Below, piece by piece: positions 12,300-24,150 of a DNA stretch of 64,000 bases. The notes under the pieces are model-generated. The model saw only the letters and a program-made list of their open reading frames with translations, had not been told where the DNA came from and searched no databases. Source of the DNA: Octopus sinensis (lineage: Eukaryota); assembly GCF_006345805.1 (NCBI RefSeq), contig NC_043015.1:22072001-22136000 (forward strand), given 5' to 3'. The translations under genes and the position numbers were made by a program. Numbering within the stretch: position 1 is the first letter of the stretch; each line of letters begins with the position of its first letter.

Positions 12300-12995
12300 T
12301 TGTAAAAAATGAAGTTCGAAAATGCTGCTATATTATACAATTTTTAATTTTTATATATACATTATAACATGTTTCAGTTCCTGAAATGAACCTTATCAAA
12401 AAAAGTTATATATAAAAAAAGACAGCTCATGCCGTCAAACACAAGAAATTCATTTATAATACAGAACGGAGTCAGACATCTTAGAGTTCATGTATAGTTG
12501 ATATATAGTTTGAAGTAAGTTCATTCATGCTATATGTTCAAAGTTTTCGATGCAGTGGCCCACGGTGGCGATACGTATTCAATACAAAAAACAGATCAAA
12601 ATGGTGGAAAGCAGTCAATACAGAAGATTGATGTATATTATATATATAATATATATATGTATATATATTTGTAAAAAATGAAGTTCGAAAATGCTGCTAT
12701 ATTATACAATTTTTAATTTTTATATATACATTATAACATGTTTCAGTTCCTGAAATGAACCTTATCAAAAAAAGTTATATAAAAAAAGACAGCTCATGCC
12801 GTCAAACACAAGAAATTCATTTATAATACACAACGGAGTCAGACATCTTAGAGTTCATGTATAGTTGATATATAGTTTGAAGTAAGTTCATTCATGCTAT
12901 ATGTTCAAAGTTTTCGATGCAGTGGCCCACGGTGGCGATACGTATTCAATACAAAAAACAGATCAAAATGGTGGAAAGCAGTCAATACAGAAGAT

Positions 12996-13000
<5 letters not shown>
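12290..13000 (-). repeat. Tandem dimer of a 369-bp unit, each unit with a hammerhead-like motif
   Basis: gtaaaaaatg at 12302 and 12671; units nearly identical; minus-strand UUGAUAA-ggttc/gaact-GAAACAUGUU at 12399-12366 and 12768-12735. Confidence 0.85.
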
Positions 13001-13042
<42 letters not shown>

Positions 13043-13043
<1 letters not shown>

Positions 13044-13435
13044 TAGCAGTATCGCCCGGCGTTGCTCGGGTTTGTAAGGGAAATAACTATATAAGCATTT
13101 TTAGAGAGTTATAGCCAAAAATAGCAAGAAAATGCATTAAAAATTGAAAAAAAATTAAGGTAATTTTTTTTTAAATCGTTGACACATCGTAGATAATTTT
13201 AGAGAGTTACTTCCCTTATATAAAAGCGAAAAATGCATTAAAATGGAAAAAATATGATGGTAAATTTTTTTAAAATCGTAGATTCATCGTAGACGCGCGC
13301 TAATAACCAGAAGGGCTCGATATGAATCACGACTATAAGATACCCGCTTTTGGTTAAACTGCACCGCAAAATGTGGGAGTAGTTACGAATCTAAATCGTA
13401 GGAGACAGACACACAACTTCACTCTTATATAAAGA
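13043..13435 (-). mobile_element. Non-autonomous Helitron (393 bp)
   Basis: Minus strand begins TC (13435-13434) and ends CTAG (13046-13043), between host A and T, no TSD; subterminal hairpin cccg-agcaacgc-cggg 8 nt before CTAG. Confidence 0.85.
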
Positions 13436-13899
13436 TGCTTTTTTTTTCAGTCATGGAGTTAGATTTATGAAGGTCTTCAGTAGAAAATCCTTCGAATTCT
13501 GACTCGCTGCTTGATATAATGAAATTCGTATCCATTTTTTGTCAGAATTACAAATTTTGAAAACACAATAGGAACAAATTTCGGAAAAAAATCTCCCATA
13601 ATTCACGGAATTAAAATTACACTTCGATTTTTGTACAAAACTGTATTTGAAGTGTTTACGAAGTATAATACGTGTTTTCACGGGCGGTTTGGTAACGAAA
13701 GGGTTTATATAAGTGTCGTCTGTTTATACATAAACACTGTTTCAAACTTTCAGTTTAGTCTTCCTCAAATCACTCTGTCGCTATTTACTCTCTTCCAAGA
13801 ACATTTTCACTCACTCTTATCTGTTAGCTTGCCATACATTTTACTCATGTATCTATCAGCGTGATAGACAGAAACAAATATTACATCTAGTTTCACTTT

Positions 13900-14152
13900 A
13901 TTCGTTGCACACTGTGTGTGTGCGTTTGCGTGTGCTGTAAACCAGACTAAGAAAAGCATTTGACATACACACCAGAATGTGAGTTTTCTGTAAATTTTGC
14001 TTAATTGGAGTTTAAATTTTAAAAACTGGACCTGGCATAACCCGATGCATTCTACTCTTAAAAATGCTAGGTAAATTGTAATTGAAGAAATCCTATATTG
14101 TAGATTTCAATAAGTGACAAAGGGAGGCAGATAAAATCTGCCTTTTATAATA

Positions 14153-14155
<3 letters not shown>
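13900..14155 (-). mobile_element. Possible second non-autonomous Helitron-like element (5' end only recognisable)
   Basis: Minus strand starts A|TCttattataaaaggcag with an 8-bp hairpin aggcagat/atctgcct (14125-14143); no clear CTAG 3' end; inner boundary is a guess. Confidence 0.4.
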
Positions 14156-14205
<50 letters not shown>

Positions 14206-14211
14206 TAAATA

Positions 14212-15299
14212 TCAGATCATCCCGTAAGTTCTGTCCGATTTTACCTTTTTCTGAAAAATTGAATGCAATTTATTAGTATAGTATTTTAGAATGTCGAATG
14301 GAATTAAAAATGGAAAGTATGCTTGAATGAAAGTAGTTGCAGAAGATGATTTGCAAAATTCAGAAGTTGAGATTTCAGCCTTGAAAATGAAGATCGAACA
14401 GGATGACCAGTTAAGTTTCCTGATAAGCTCCTTGAACCATTGCTCGAAGAAAATCCTGCATTATCAGTTGAAGGATTGGCTTAGTTCAAACCATGCCTAT
14501 TTCAAACCATGCAGCTGTTCATCGTCATCTTCAACAACTTATAAAGGTTCCTAGACTTGTAATATGGGTGCATGATGAATTGTTCGAAAACAACCGCAAA
14601 TCCCGATTTGACATCTGCTCTTCTCTCCATTCTCGGGAAAGCATCTCACCCGTTTTGTGACTGGTGACAAAAATTGGATCTTCTATCTCAATGTTAAACG
14701 TCGTAAACAGTGGCTTGCTAAAAAGGGAATAAGCTCAACTACAACCGAGAAAGGAACTTCATGGAAAAAAAAGTTTCTACTCTCTATCTGGTGGTAATGC
14801 AAAGGAGTAATTCAATTTAAATTGTTACCACCTAATCCAACAATCAATGCTGAAGCCTACAGTCAGCAATTAGAGCATTTGAACCAAGCTTTGAAGAAAA
14901 AAATAGATCCGCTATAATGACGCGAAAAGGAGCGATGTTTCTTCAGGACAATGCGCGACCCTACGCTGCATTGATCATATCACAGAAGATTGAAGAGCTT
15001 GGTTGGGAAACAAATCCTCATCTACCTTATTTTCCGGACCTTTCTCCTTCATGCTAACATTTGTTTTGTAATTTACAGAATCATTTGGAGGATATAACTT
15101 CCAGAAGCCAGGAAGAGGTCGAAACTGACATTTCAGAGTTCTTCGCTTTGAAACCAAAAGAGTGCTACATTGATGGGAATAAAAACCTTGTAAATAGATC
15201 GAAGTAAGTCATAGATAATCAGGGAAAGTACATTGATGATTAAATTTCAATTAAATAATAACATTTGATCACTTCTTTTCGTTATTCAAAATTCGGACA
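14212..15299 (+). mobile_element. Mariner-family DNA transposon relic, right TIR truncated
   Basis: TA + left TIR tcagatcatcccgtaagttctgtccgatttt; decayed transposase (FSLENEDRTG, WVHDEL, VTGDKNWIFY, LQDNARPY, HLPYFPDLSPS); inner right TIR aaaattcggaca at 15288-15299. Confidence 0.9.
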
Positions 15300-16019
15300 A
15301 TACTCAGTCTCAACGTATGGCTCACCACTTCACCCTACGTGGATACTCCCTCACCACTATCCACACCGCCCTTGCCAGAGCACGGTCCGTGGACCGTGTA
15401 TCTGCTCTCTCACCCCGAACCCGCCCTGTAGTCTCCCGCCTCCCTTTTCCCCTCACTTACCACCCCACGACCCTACGTCTCCAACGCACCATTCTTCGAG
15501 CTTTCCGTCATCTCCAGTCCGACCCGTCCACTTCACACCTCTTCCCTAACCGAGCCCTCCCCTCTTTCAAACGAGCCCACAACCTTCGAGACCTTTTGGT
15601 CCATAGCTCCTTCCCTGACCCTACCTCCCAACCCGGCTCGTTCCCCTGCTCCCGCCCACGTTGCCGCACTTGCCCTTACCTCTCCAACACCACCCGCCTC
15701 ACTAGCACCCACCATCGACCCTATCCCATCATCCACTCCTTCACCTGCACCTCCAGCAATATTATCTATTGCATCTCTTACTCTCTCTGCAATTCCTTGT
15801 ACATCGGACAAACGGGACGCCGCTTGGCTGACCGGTTCGCGGAACACCTTCGTGACATCCACCTTGCGAACGACACACCGGTCTCACGCCATTTCCGCTC
15901 CACCGGTCACTCCTTGCAACACCTATCTGTGTTCGGTTTGTCCTTACACAGAGGCCATCCGGATTCCCGTTTGCGCCGTGAACAGGATTTAATCTTCTCT
16001 CTTCGCTCTTATACGCCAT

Positions 16020-16330
16020 TTGGTCTCAACTCTTCCCCCCCCTCCTCATCTAACCCCCCTCTCCCCCTCCTCACCTATCCTTTCCCCCCGACCTCTACTT
16101 CTTCAGTCCTTCATACTTTCACCCCTACTCCCCTTCCCTTCTTCCCTCTTCCCCTTCCCTCTGCTCCCTCACTCCCTCACTCCCTCTCTCCCCTTCTCTC
16201 TCCACCTCTCCCTCTTTCCTCCTTCACCCCTCCTCCCCCCCCTCTCCTCTTCCCCCCTCTCCTCCCCCTCTTCTTCCCCTCCCCTTCCCTCACCCCTCTT
16301 CTCCCCCTCCCCCTCTTCTCCTCACTACTC
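16020..16330. repeat. Homopyrimidine/homopurine low-complexity tract
   Basis: Almost only C/T on + strand. Confidence 0.9.
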
Positions 16331-16380
16331 CACATGACTACACATCACATCACATATGATGTGCCATACTGATACACACA

Positions 16381-16690
16381 CCAACTAATACATACTAATA
16401 CGTACTAATACATACTAGTACATACTAATACATACACCAACCCTATACATACACACGTCCAGACCCCGCATACGCACTTATACTCTCTCATACACACACA
16501 CACACTTATACATACCAATACGTACTAATACATACTAATACATACTAATACATACACCAACCCCATACATACGCTCGTCCAGACCAATCCTACGCACTAA
16601 TACTCTCTCATACACACACACACCCTTATACATACTAATACATACACCAACCCTATACATACACACATCCAGACCCCTCCTACGCACTAT
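16381..16690. repeat. Minisatellite built from catactaata decamers (120- and 90-bp higher-order units)
   Basis: catacaccaa recurs at 16431, 16551, 16641. Confidence 0.85.
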
Positions 16691-16859
16691 TAGCTGGTCC
16701 CTCAACCCTTTTATCAACCCTATTATCTCCCCTTATTTCGCTCTCGCGTCTCATGTTTGATCTTTGACCTCTGGCCGAAATCAGATCGCCATGTTGATTC
16801 GTTAGCTACTGCACGCATTTTTTTCTCTCCTTCTTTCTGTGTTTTTCTCTCTCTGTGTA

Positions 16860-16897
16860 TCTTTCTGTTGAAGAGCGTAGGCTCGAAACGTTAAAGA
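16860..16897 (+). ncRNA. Minimal type I hammerhead ribozyme motif (PLE pLTR), core variant CUGUUGA
   Basis: Helix I tcttt(16860-64)/aaaga(16893-97); CUGUUGA 16865-71; extra A; stem II gagc-gtag-gctc; GAAAC 16885-89; GUU triplet; palindromic AACGUU helix III. Confidence 0.75.
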
Positions 16898-16995
16898 CTT
16901 GTTTTATTTATATTTCCTGAGCGCCATACTAATACAATTGTTCGTTTGTTTTCCACCTGCCTTCGTCTTTTGTTTATTTTCATAAAGCTTCCCGT

Positions 16996-17049
<54 letters not shown>

Positions 17050-17223
17050 CATGTGTGTGTGTGTGTGCATGTATGTATATATACATATTGATATAGACAT
17101 ATAGATGTAAATGTGTGTACATGTATGCATATATGAATATACATAGGTATCTGTGAAGGCACATGTCATAGTGTTCAGGATAGTATATATATATATATAT
17201 ATAATATATATATATATTATATA

Positions 17224-17279
<56 letters not shown>

Positions 17280-17403
17280 GTGTGTGTGTATGTATATATA
17301 CATATTGATATAGACATATAGATGTAAATGTGTATACATGTATGCATATATGAATATACATAGGTATCTGTGAAGGCACATGTCATAGTGTTCAGGATAG
17401 TAT
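17050..17403. repeat. Tandem duplication (217-bp period) with (TA)n junction
   Basis: catattgatatagac...ttcaggatagtata at 17084 and 17301. Confidence 0.9.
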
Positions 17404-17768
17404 AATTCAAATTCTTTTACTTCAGACACATGTTTCGAAGATATTATTGGTATTATTCCAAAGGAATAAAATGTTGTAAAATAATGTAATCTTTTCTTTA
17501 GGTAAATGAAGAAATAAAACTCGTCAATAAGACATTTTAACAGAATATGATGAATATGTAAAGTGATGAACTGAACGCTATTACGTTTTTACTCCATTTG
17601 TATATATTATACAAAATATTTCACATAAACCCGGAGTTTCTACCTTTAAAAAGAAGGCGTTACACCCTTTTTACTTCTGTGATTTTTTACTACCCTGGTA
17701 AATGTTTATCTAGTTTTGCTGTGTTAATTGTAAGCAAGGGAAAATACATACATCTATTTATATGTGTA

Positions 17769-17811
<43 letters not shown>

Positions 17812-17851
17812 ACATATATACATAAATATACACATACATTCATATATACAC

Positions 17852-17889
<38 letters not shown>

Positions 17890-18834
17890 ATATTGTATTA
17901 CAAAACAGGAGAGTGAAGGATAATTAATTGGTATTTATTCCATTGCACATGTTGCATTTGTTAATTTTTCATACAAAATTGTATACGTAGGCTGATCATG
18001 TAATAAACATCCTATTAGAAATTCTGGAGACATTAATCAAATAATATTTGAAGAATATTCAACTCCAATGCATATCTCACACAAGTATAATAACTACGTA
18101 TGGAATGGAAATATTAGAAGAGACAGATGTTCTTCAAGGGAACATAGCTTGGATTTTAACTTATAAAATATGTATATGTATGCATATATGAATGTATGTA
18201 TGTATGTATGTGCATGTATGTATGTGCATGTATGTATGTACATATGTAGGCATGCATGTAAGTACATATGTATGTATATAATCCTGCTGGATTTCTAGTA
18301 ACCTTCCTTTCCAGGGTGGCCCGGTGGGGGTGGCGGTTTAGTCACCGACAACCCGACCATGCAACAGGTTGTACTGGATTCCATGTTACCAGGAGCACTA
18401 ATGAGAGCCTCATAAGTAACCTGACCTATTGAAAGCTCGAATGAACCTAGTGCAGGCTCAATGGTTACGTGGCTATTGCTCGGGTATGTAGATATTCCAA
18501 GATAGTGTCGGGCGTGCTGAAAGACCACTGGAATTGAAGTACTCATCAGCTTCTGTTGAAGCATGACTCTTGGAGAAGGTCACTGATATAACATCATTTA
18601 TGAAGGGAATAGTGTTGGACATTTTAGCGATCTTTGGTTTGTGCTAGAGATCATAGCGCTCCCAGATTTCTGATACTGCATGTCATATTGGCAACAGACA
18701 TCTTGCTCTTGATTGTCTCAGGAGAATGTCAGTAAAGTAGAGAGTGTCAATGAGGTGTCGTGCAAGCTTTACTGTTACTACAACTCTGCGCAGGAATTGC
18801 TGACCTCTGCTCGATATGTGCAGCTTTTTTCGCC

Positions 18835-18874
<40 letters not shown>

Positions 18875-18883
18875 TATCTTCAG

Positions 18884-18931
<48 letters not shown>

Positions 18932-18933
18932 TA

Positions 18934-18978
<45 letters not shown>

Positions 18979-19870
18979 GTGTCCTTTCCTTTGATAAGGG
19001 CAAGAGATTTTGTAACATTTGTAACTCTGAACTCTTCCATATTCTTTTCGCTAAGGTTCCCCTAGTAAACACACTCATAAAAAAATCGTACAAATGTAAA
19101 CACTGGCAGAAACACTTTCTACTCATAAATGATAACGATAGTCACTGTGGTTTGAACAATTAGCTTCACGTCCACCCCACTGCTATAGAGAAATTCTTTC
19201 CTAAGCCTTCGAACATTCTTTCAATCAACGTACCCTTCCCTCTCCACTTGTTCCCTACCTATTATTCCTTTATACCTTCCCTTCCTACTATCTATCTTTG
19301 ACGTCTGTCTCTCTCTCACACACACAAACACAAATGCAGTTATACACAGACACAAACACACACACTCATTAACACAAGCACACACCCACACATTTCCATA
19401 CATACAGCAAACATACTGTTCCCTACCTATTATTACTTTATCCCTTCTCTTCCTCCTACTATCTATTTTTGACGTCAATTCTTCTAACGGATTTTTTAAA
19501 AAAAACACTCATTATCGCTTTGTTTACCATGTAGGCAATCATCGACATTTTTGTTTGTCTTGTTGTCGAGAGAGGCGCCCTTTCTTTCCTGATGAGAAGA
19601 TTGCATAATTCGCCCTTTATTCCTTTGGAATGAAAATATGCTGTCTTCGAAATATTTGTCGAGAGTAAAGGAATTTTGTTAACATTTTTCGTTCGACTCC
19701 ATTCTTCCATTTATTCATATACAACACACACATTTCTACACATGAACCCGGAGTTTCTACCCTTGACAGGTCGCTTCAACCGTGTTTTCTGACGTGAATT
19801 TGCTACCCAGGTTTCGGTTAAACGAATTTTCCATGCTGGCGATAAACATAGGATAATTCATTCACCTACT

Positions 19871-19921
<51 letters not shown>

Positions 19922-19979
19922 TTTAGTATATATTTATATATTTATTTATTTTCAGTATACATTTATTTTATTTTTATTC

Positions 19980-21950
19980 GGAAGTCCTGTGGCGATGGTA
20001 AGATTGTGAAGCATGCAGACCAGACGGGTTGGAAACATGTAGTCAGCGACCTGCATTTAGGCGGCCCATGCTAGATATAAAGTCGTCTCGTTGTCTCCCA
20101 AGACAGCGGTAGGCTTCGGTTGCTGTATAGGACTCTGAACAGCTCCGTTTGGAGAGGGCACTGTTCAGCCAATGGTCGGGGAGGTTCTAGCAATGGTGAA
20201 CCAAAAATATTAAGAAACATTACCTGTCTTTCTACATCTGGTCAGCACTTGAAAAACAAAGAGACTTTTATTTACAAAATCTGGATGGAACTTCAACATT
20301 TCATGTTAGAATGTGCGCACTATGTCGGATAACAAAAATGATTGTAGGCCTGAAAGATGCACGGCATTTGTTGCTCGCGAGCTGAACTGCTATAACATTG
20401 ATATAGCTTTCAGAGACTCGTATAGAAAGTGATGGTCAGCTTGAGGAAGTAGGAGGTGAATGCATATTTTGGGGGGAAGGGAGGCAAGAAGAGGCGCGCC
20501 GAAAGACTGGTGTTGGCTTTGCAGGTCGATCTGATATACTTAAGAAGTTAGAGGAGCTTCCTGTTCCTTTAAATGAACTTTTAATGACTCTACAATTGCA
20601 CTTGAAAGGAGATCGGCTTGCTACAGTAATAAGTGCCTATGTACCTACTTTGACTAGTTGTGTGGAAGATAAAGGTATTATCTATACCCAGCCGATAGCC
20701 ATACTTAGGAAATTCGCCAATTCTGCTGAAGTCATTCTACTGGGGAATTCCTATGCCAGGGCTGGAAGTGTCTGGCAAACAGAACTCTCTGGGACCTTTT
20801 TGTGTAGGGTAGGGAAAATGAATAGCAATGGTCTCATGCTGCCGAATCTTTGCGATGAACATGGACTTTGCATCGCAAGCGCTCATTTTATGCAGAAAGT
20901 TACTCACACAACAACGTGGGTGCATCCATATTCTAAAGATTGGCACTTGCTGGATTATGCCATCATACACAAGCGTGACATTTTTGACATTTGTAATGTC
21001 AATTCCTTTCATGTATCGGATTACTGGACAGACCACTGTCTGATGATTTGAGTGGAGGAGAGAAGAGGGCCAGTCCACATTCCTCGACGTCTGAATGTGT
21101 CCACAAGATATATGATGCTGCGTTGAGGAAAAAGCTTCAGACTCGCTTGTCCAGCATTGAAAATAATGCAGCATGGGAAGATTTTGGGGACCATGTTCTT
21201 CAATGTGCTGCTGAAATACTAGGATTATTCTACTGTCAGACAGAGAGACTGGTTTAATGAAAATGATGCTAAAGTTCAGCGACTATTGGCTGCAAAGCGC
21301 CATGCACGCAATGTATTGCTGCACAGAGGACTTTTTGCCGTGTAGTGAAATCTAGCACTTGCCCACAGTAACAGTGTAAATTCACTACTGCAGAGATCTC
21401 TCAGGAAGATGCAGAACACTTGGTGGGAGGATGTCGCTCGTGATGTTCAGGCTACTGCTGATGCAAATGACAGCAAGAAGCTTTACCATCTTATGAAGCA
21501 AGTTTATGGGCCTAAGAGTTCCGCATCATTTCCTTTGCTTTTCAAGGAGTCTTATACTTTATTTAGTAAATCAACAGAAATCACAGGCTGCTGGATAGAA
21601 TACTTCCCTGAACTCCTAAACCATGAGTCAGTTTTGGATGAAACAGCGATCGATACTTTGCAACACAAACCTATCGTTGGCTCCTTAAATTCTATGGCCT
21701 CAATAGATGAGGTAATGATATCAATAAGTAAAGTGAATTTTGGCAGTGAACCAGGAATGTATGGAATTTTTTGTTGAGATATTGTGATTCGATGGGGATT
21801 ATATTATACAGTCTCTTCATGAACTCATTAGTACAGTCCGGAGGGATGGTAGAATGCCTAAGAAGTGAAATGATGCAATTATTCTTCCTCTCTATAAAGT
21901 AAAAGGAGCCAGAACAGTGTGTGGTAACTACAGAGGTGTAACTCTAGCGG
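19980..21950 (+). mobile_element. Old RTE-clade LINE: 5' UTR, APE and start of RT; 3' part missing
   Basis: ORF 20584..21051 (TVISAYVPT, TWVHPYSKDWHLLDY, YWTDH), ORF 21409..21777 (KKLYHLMKQVYGP), KGARTVCGNYRGVTL near 21900-21945; decayed RPERCTAFVARELN upstream. Confidence 0.85.
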
Positions 21951-22739
21951 TAGTCTCAGGCTCCTTCTCCATATACAGCACAAATCTCACCAGCAGCTTC
22001 AATTAGATTAGATGTAAAAAGCAAATGATATCGAAAATGCTCAGTTTTGTCCTCTTCACCTTCCATTTTAACTATCTGAAAACGCATAAATGCCAATAAA
22101 TTTAAAAGTCAAAATACACTAACTCGTGGAACAAATAAATTCTCTTTTAAATAACATAAAATAATTTTCAATGCGTTTTATTTCAGCGTGCATTTTAAAA
22201 TTTGAAAAAAATGCTCATGGATTATTTCTCAACCTAATATATATATATACATATACATATATATGTATGTATTTATGTATGTATGTATGTATGTATGCAT
22301 GTATGTATGTATGTATGCATGCATGTATGTATGTATATATGTGTGTACTTGCGTATGTGTATGTGCGTGTATTTTAACATATTTGCCTTGGATTATTTAC
22401 ACATTAAACTAAATGACAATGTCTGTATACATATAAACATATATTTATGTGTTTAAATACAAACAAGTAGGTTAAAAACGAAAGAACTTACTGAACATAT
22501 ATAGTCGGAGTTGGGAATATTAAATAACAGTTTGAATCGGCTTCATAATAAAAACAGTTTTATTCATGCAGATTAATGCGTAATGCATCTTCATATTGAG
22601 AGGTAATTGTCAAGAAATGTAAAAATTAAAATATATTTGGGAGAGATCTCGGCTAAATTCCGGTCATGTGGTTATTTTGATAAAAACTCTTGGGCTAAAT
22701 TTCACTTTAAGAAATATCCTAGTTCAATGACATTAGGGT

Positions 22740-24150
22740 CATAATCAGGACATACCTATGATGATTAGCGGACAAATATATTTTTCCTGTTGATGGATAT
22801 TTCTAGCTGTTACACAACATGTAGCTTCTCTCGCAAGCATAGTGAGTATCCTGAGGTTCTTATCAGGAGATAAAGACTCTGATAACGTCGCTTTGTGGTC
22901 GGATGACTGTGTTTCTCTTTGTTCTGGAATCACCAAATAGAATAGCACAGGTCTATGGAGCTACAGCCTTTCGGATAGCTTACCATTCTGTGGTAATATT
23001 TCTCAAATCAGTTTTCAAACGCCCTTGCTCATCTATCTGGTTTTGAAAAACATCATCAAACCTTCAGTGTTAGGAAACGTTATTGTTTTTTAATTATTTA
23101 TATGGCAAACTTAAAACACTGTATATATTGTACGAAACAAACAACAGCAGCCACAAAACGGCCACACTGCCAAAAACAAAACTAAAATACACAAAACAAA
23201 AACAAAACTAATATGTCCACATACAATAGCATCGAAACAGAGACAATAAAGCATGTCACTCTACGAAAGCTTGATTATGACAATTACATCGCATGAGACC
23301 CATTTAGAATTCTTTGTGGCTGTAATCTCAACCTCATGTCAAACCTAAATGCAGGCCAATGATTTATTCTAAGAGTGAGATAGACATTGTCAGTAAATGT
23401 ATTCCTCGATGTCATCGAAGGTCCACACAGTTGATAAAATACATTTGAGGCACAACTGTCATGAACCGGTTCTGCAACATCGAGAATAATATAAGCTGCA
23501 GATTCACAAAACGTACTATCGCAGATTTCATAATTTCTCAAAGAAACACTATGTTTTGGGAAACAACTCACAAGAAACAGGTATCTTGATATCAGACACA
23601 TCTTTGACCCTAGGAAGTCATTCTGATTCCAATGCTCACCAATTTTCCAAAGAGAAGGACGCAATCATCAATCCCCTATTCTGATGTGTTCAATTTCTGA
23701 AACCAAAAAATTAAGGAAGGTATCACAAGCAATTAATATCTTCCAATTATCTTTCTATTCTCCAGATACGGCAGCAAACCTACTCCGTCTATAAAAAAGT
23801 TATCTGTAACAACATACTATATTGCAACTTAATTAAGATACAACCTATTTAGGCAGTCGCGTTATTTCTGATCATCAACAGAAGTGAAAGCCGTATACAA
23901 TGACATAATTCATTCAGCGACATAAACATTACACGGAAGAGTAATTCCTGTGGTTGTAGACTGCCTTCAAAATACACATCTTAATCCGTTCCCCTCAATG
24001 ATGTCTTTAATAATTCCTCCCATTACTAGCAACAACACCAGCTTTGACACGTTTCAACAGAGCTGTAGGAAATGTAAGATTCTATAATTCCCTACAGAAT
24101 GGAAATAAAGAATGCCCTCACCGACTTTTACAAACGACTGATCTAAACAA
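22740..24150 (-). mobile_element. Possible highly degraded LINE endonuclease region (clade uncertain)
   Basis: Only faint motifs on the minus strand (AGVV, GEHWN, FRFD, SSDHK); spacing does not fit cleanly. Confidence 0.25.

Larger units (their letters stand above)
15300..16995 (+). mobile_element. Penelope-like element, 5'-truncated: GIY-YIG end of ORF plus long pseudo-LTR with hammerhead
   Basis: ORF 15317..: FTLRGY, FKRAHNLRDLLV, FPCSRPRCRTC, FTCTSSNIIYCI, YIGQTGRRLADRFAEH, EQDLIF..PFGLN; followed by pyrimidine tract, minisatellite, HHR, then ends at (TA)n. Confidence 0.9.

Noticed and set aside
12290-13000. Repeat arrays as a CRISPR-like locus
   Set aside because: Eukaryotic context, no unique spacers and no cas genes.
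16030-16372. Pro/Leu/Ser/Phe-rich C-terminal extension of ORF 15317..16372
   Set aside because: A near-pure pyrimidine strand can hardly encode stops; homology ends at GLN.
17420-17535. Minus-strand UUGACGA...GAAACAUGUG
   Set aside because: No stem II, G at the cleavage position and no helix I; at most a remnant.
18510-18570. ctgatgag (minus) and ctgttgaag (plus) hammerhead-like halves
   Set aside because: No matching GAAA half.
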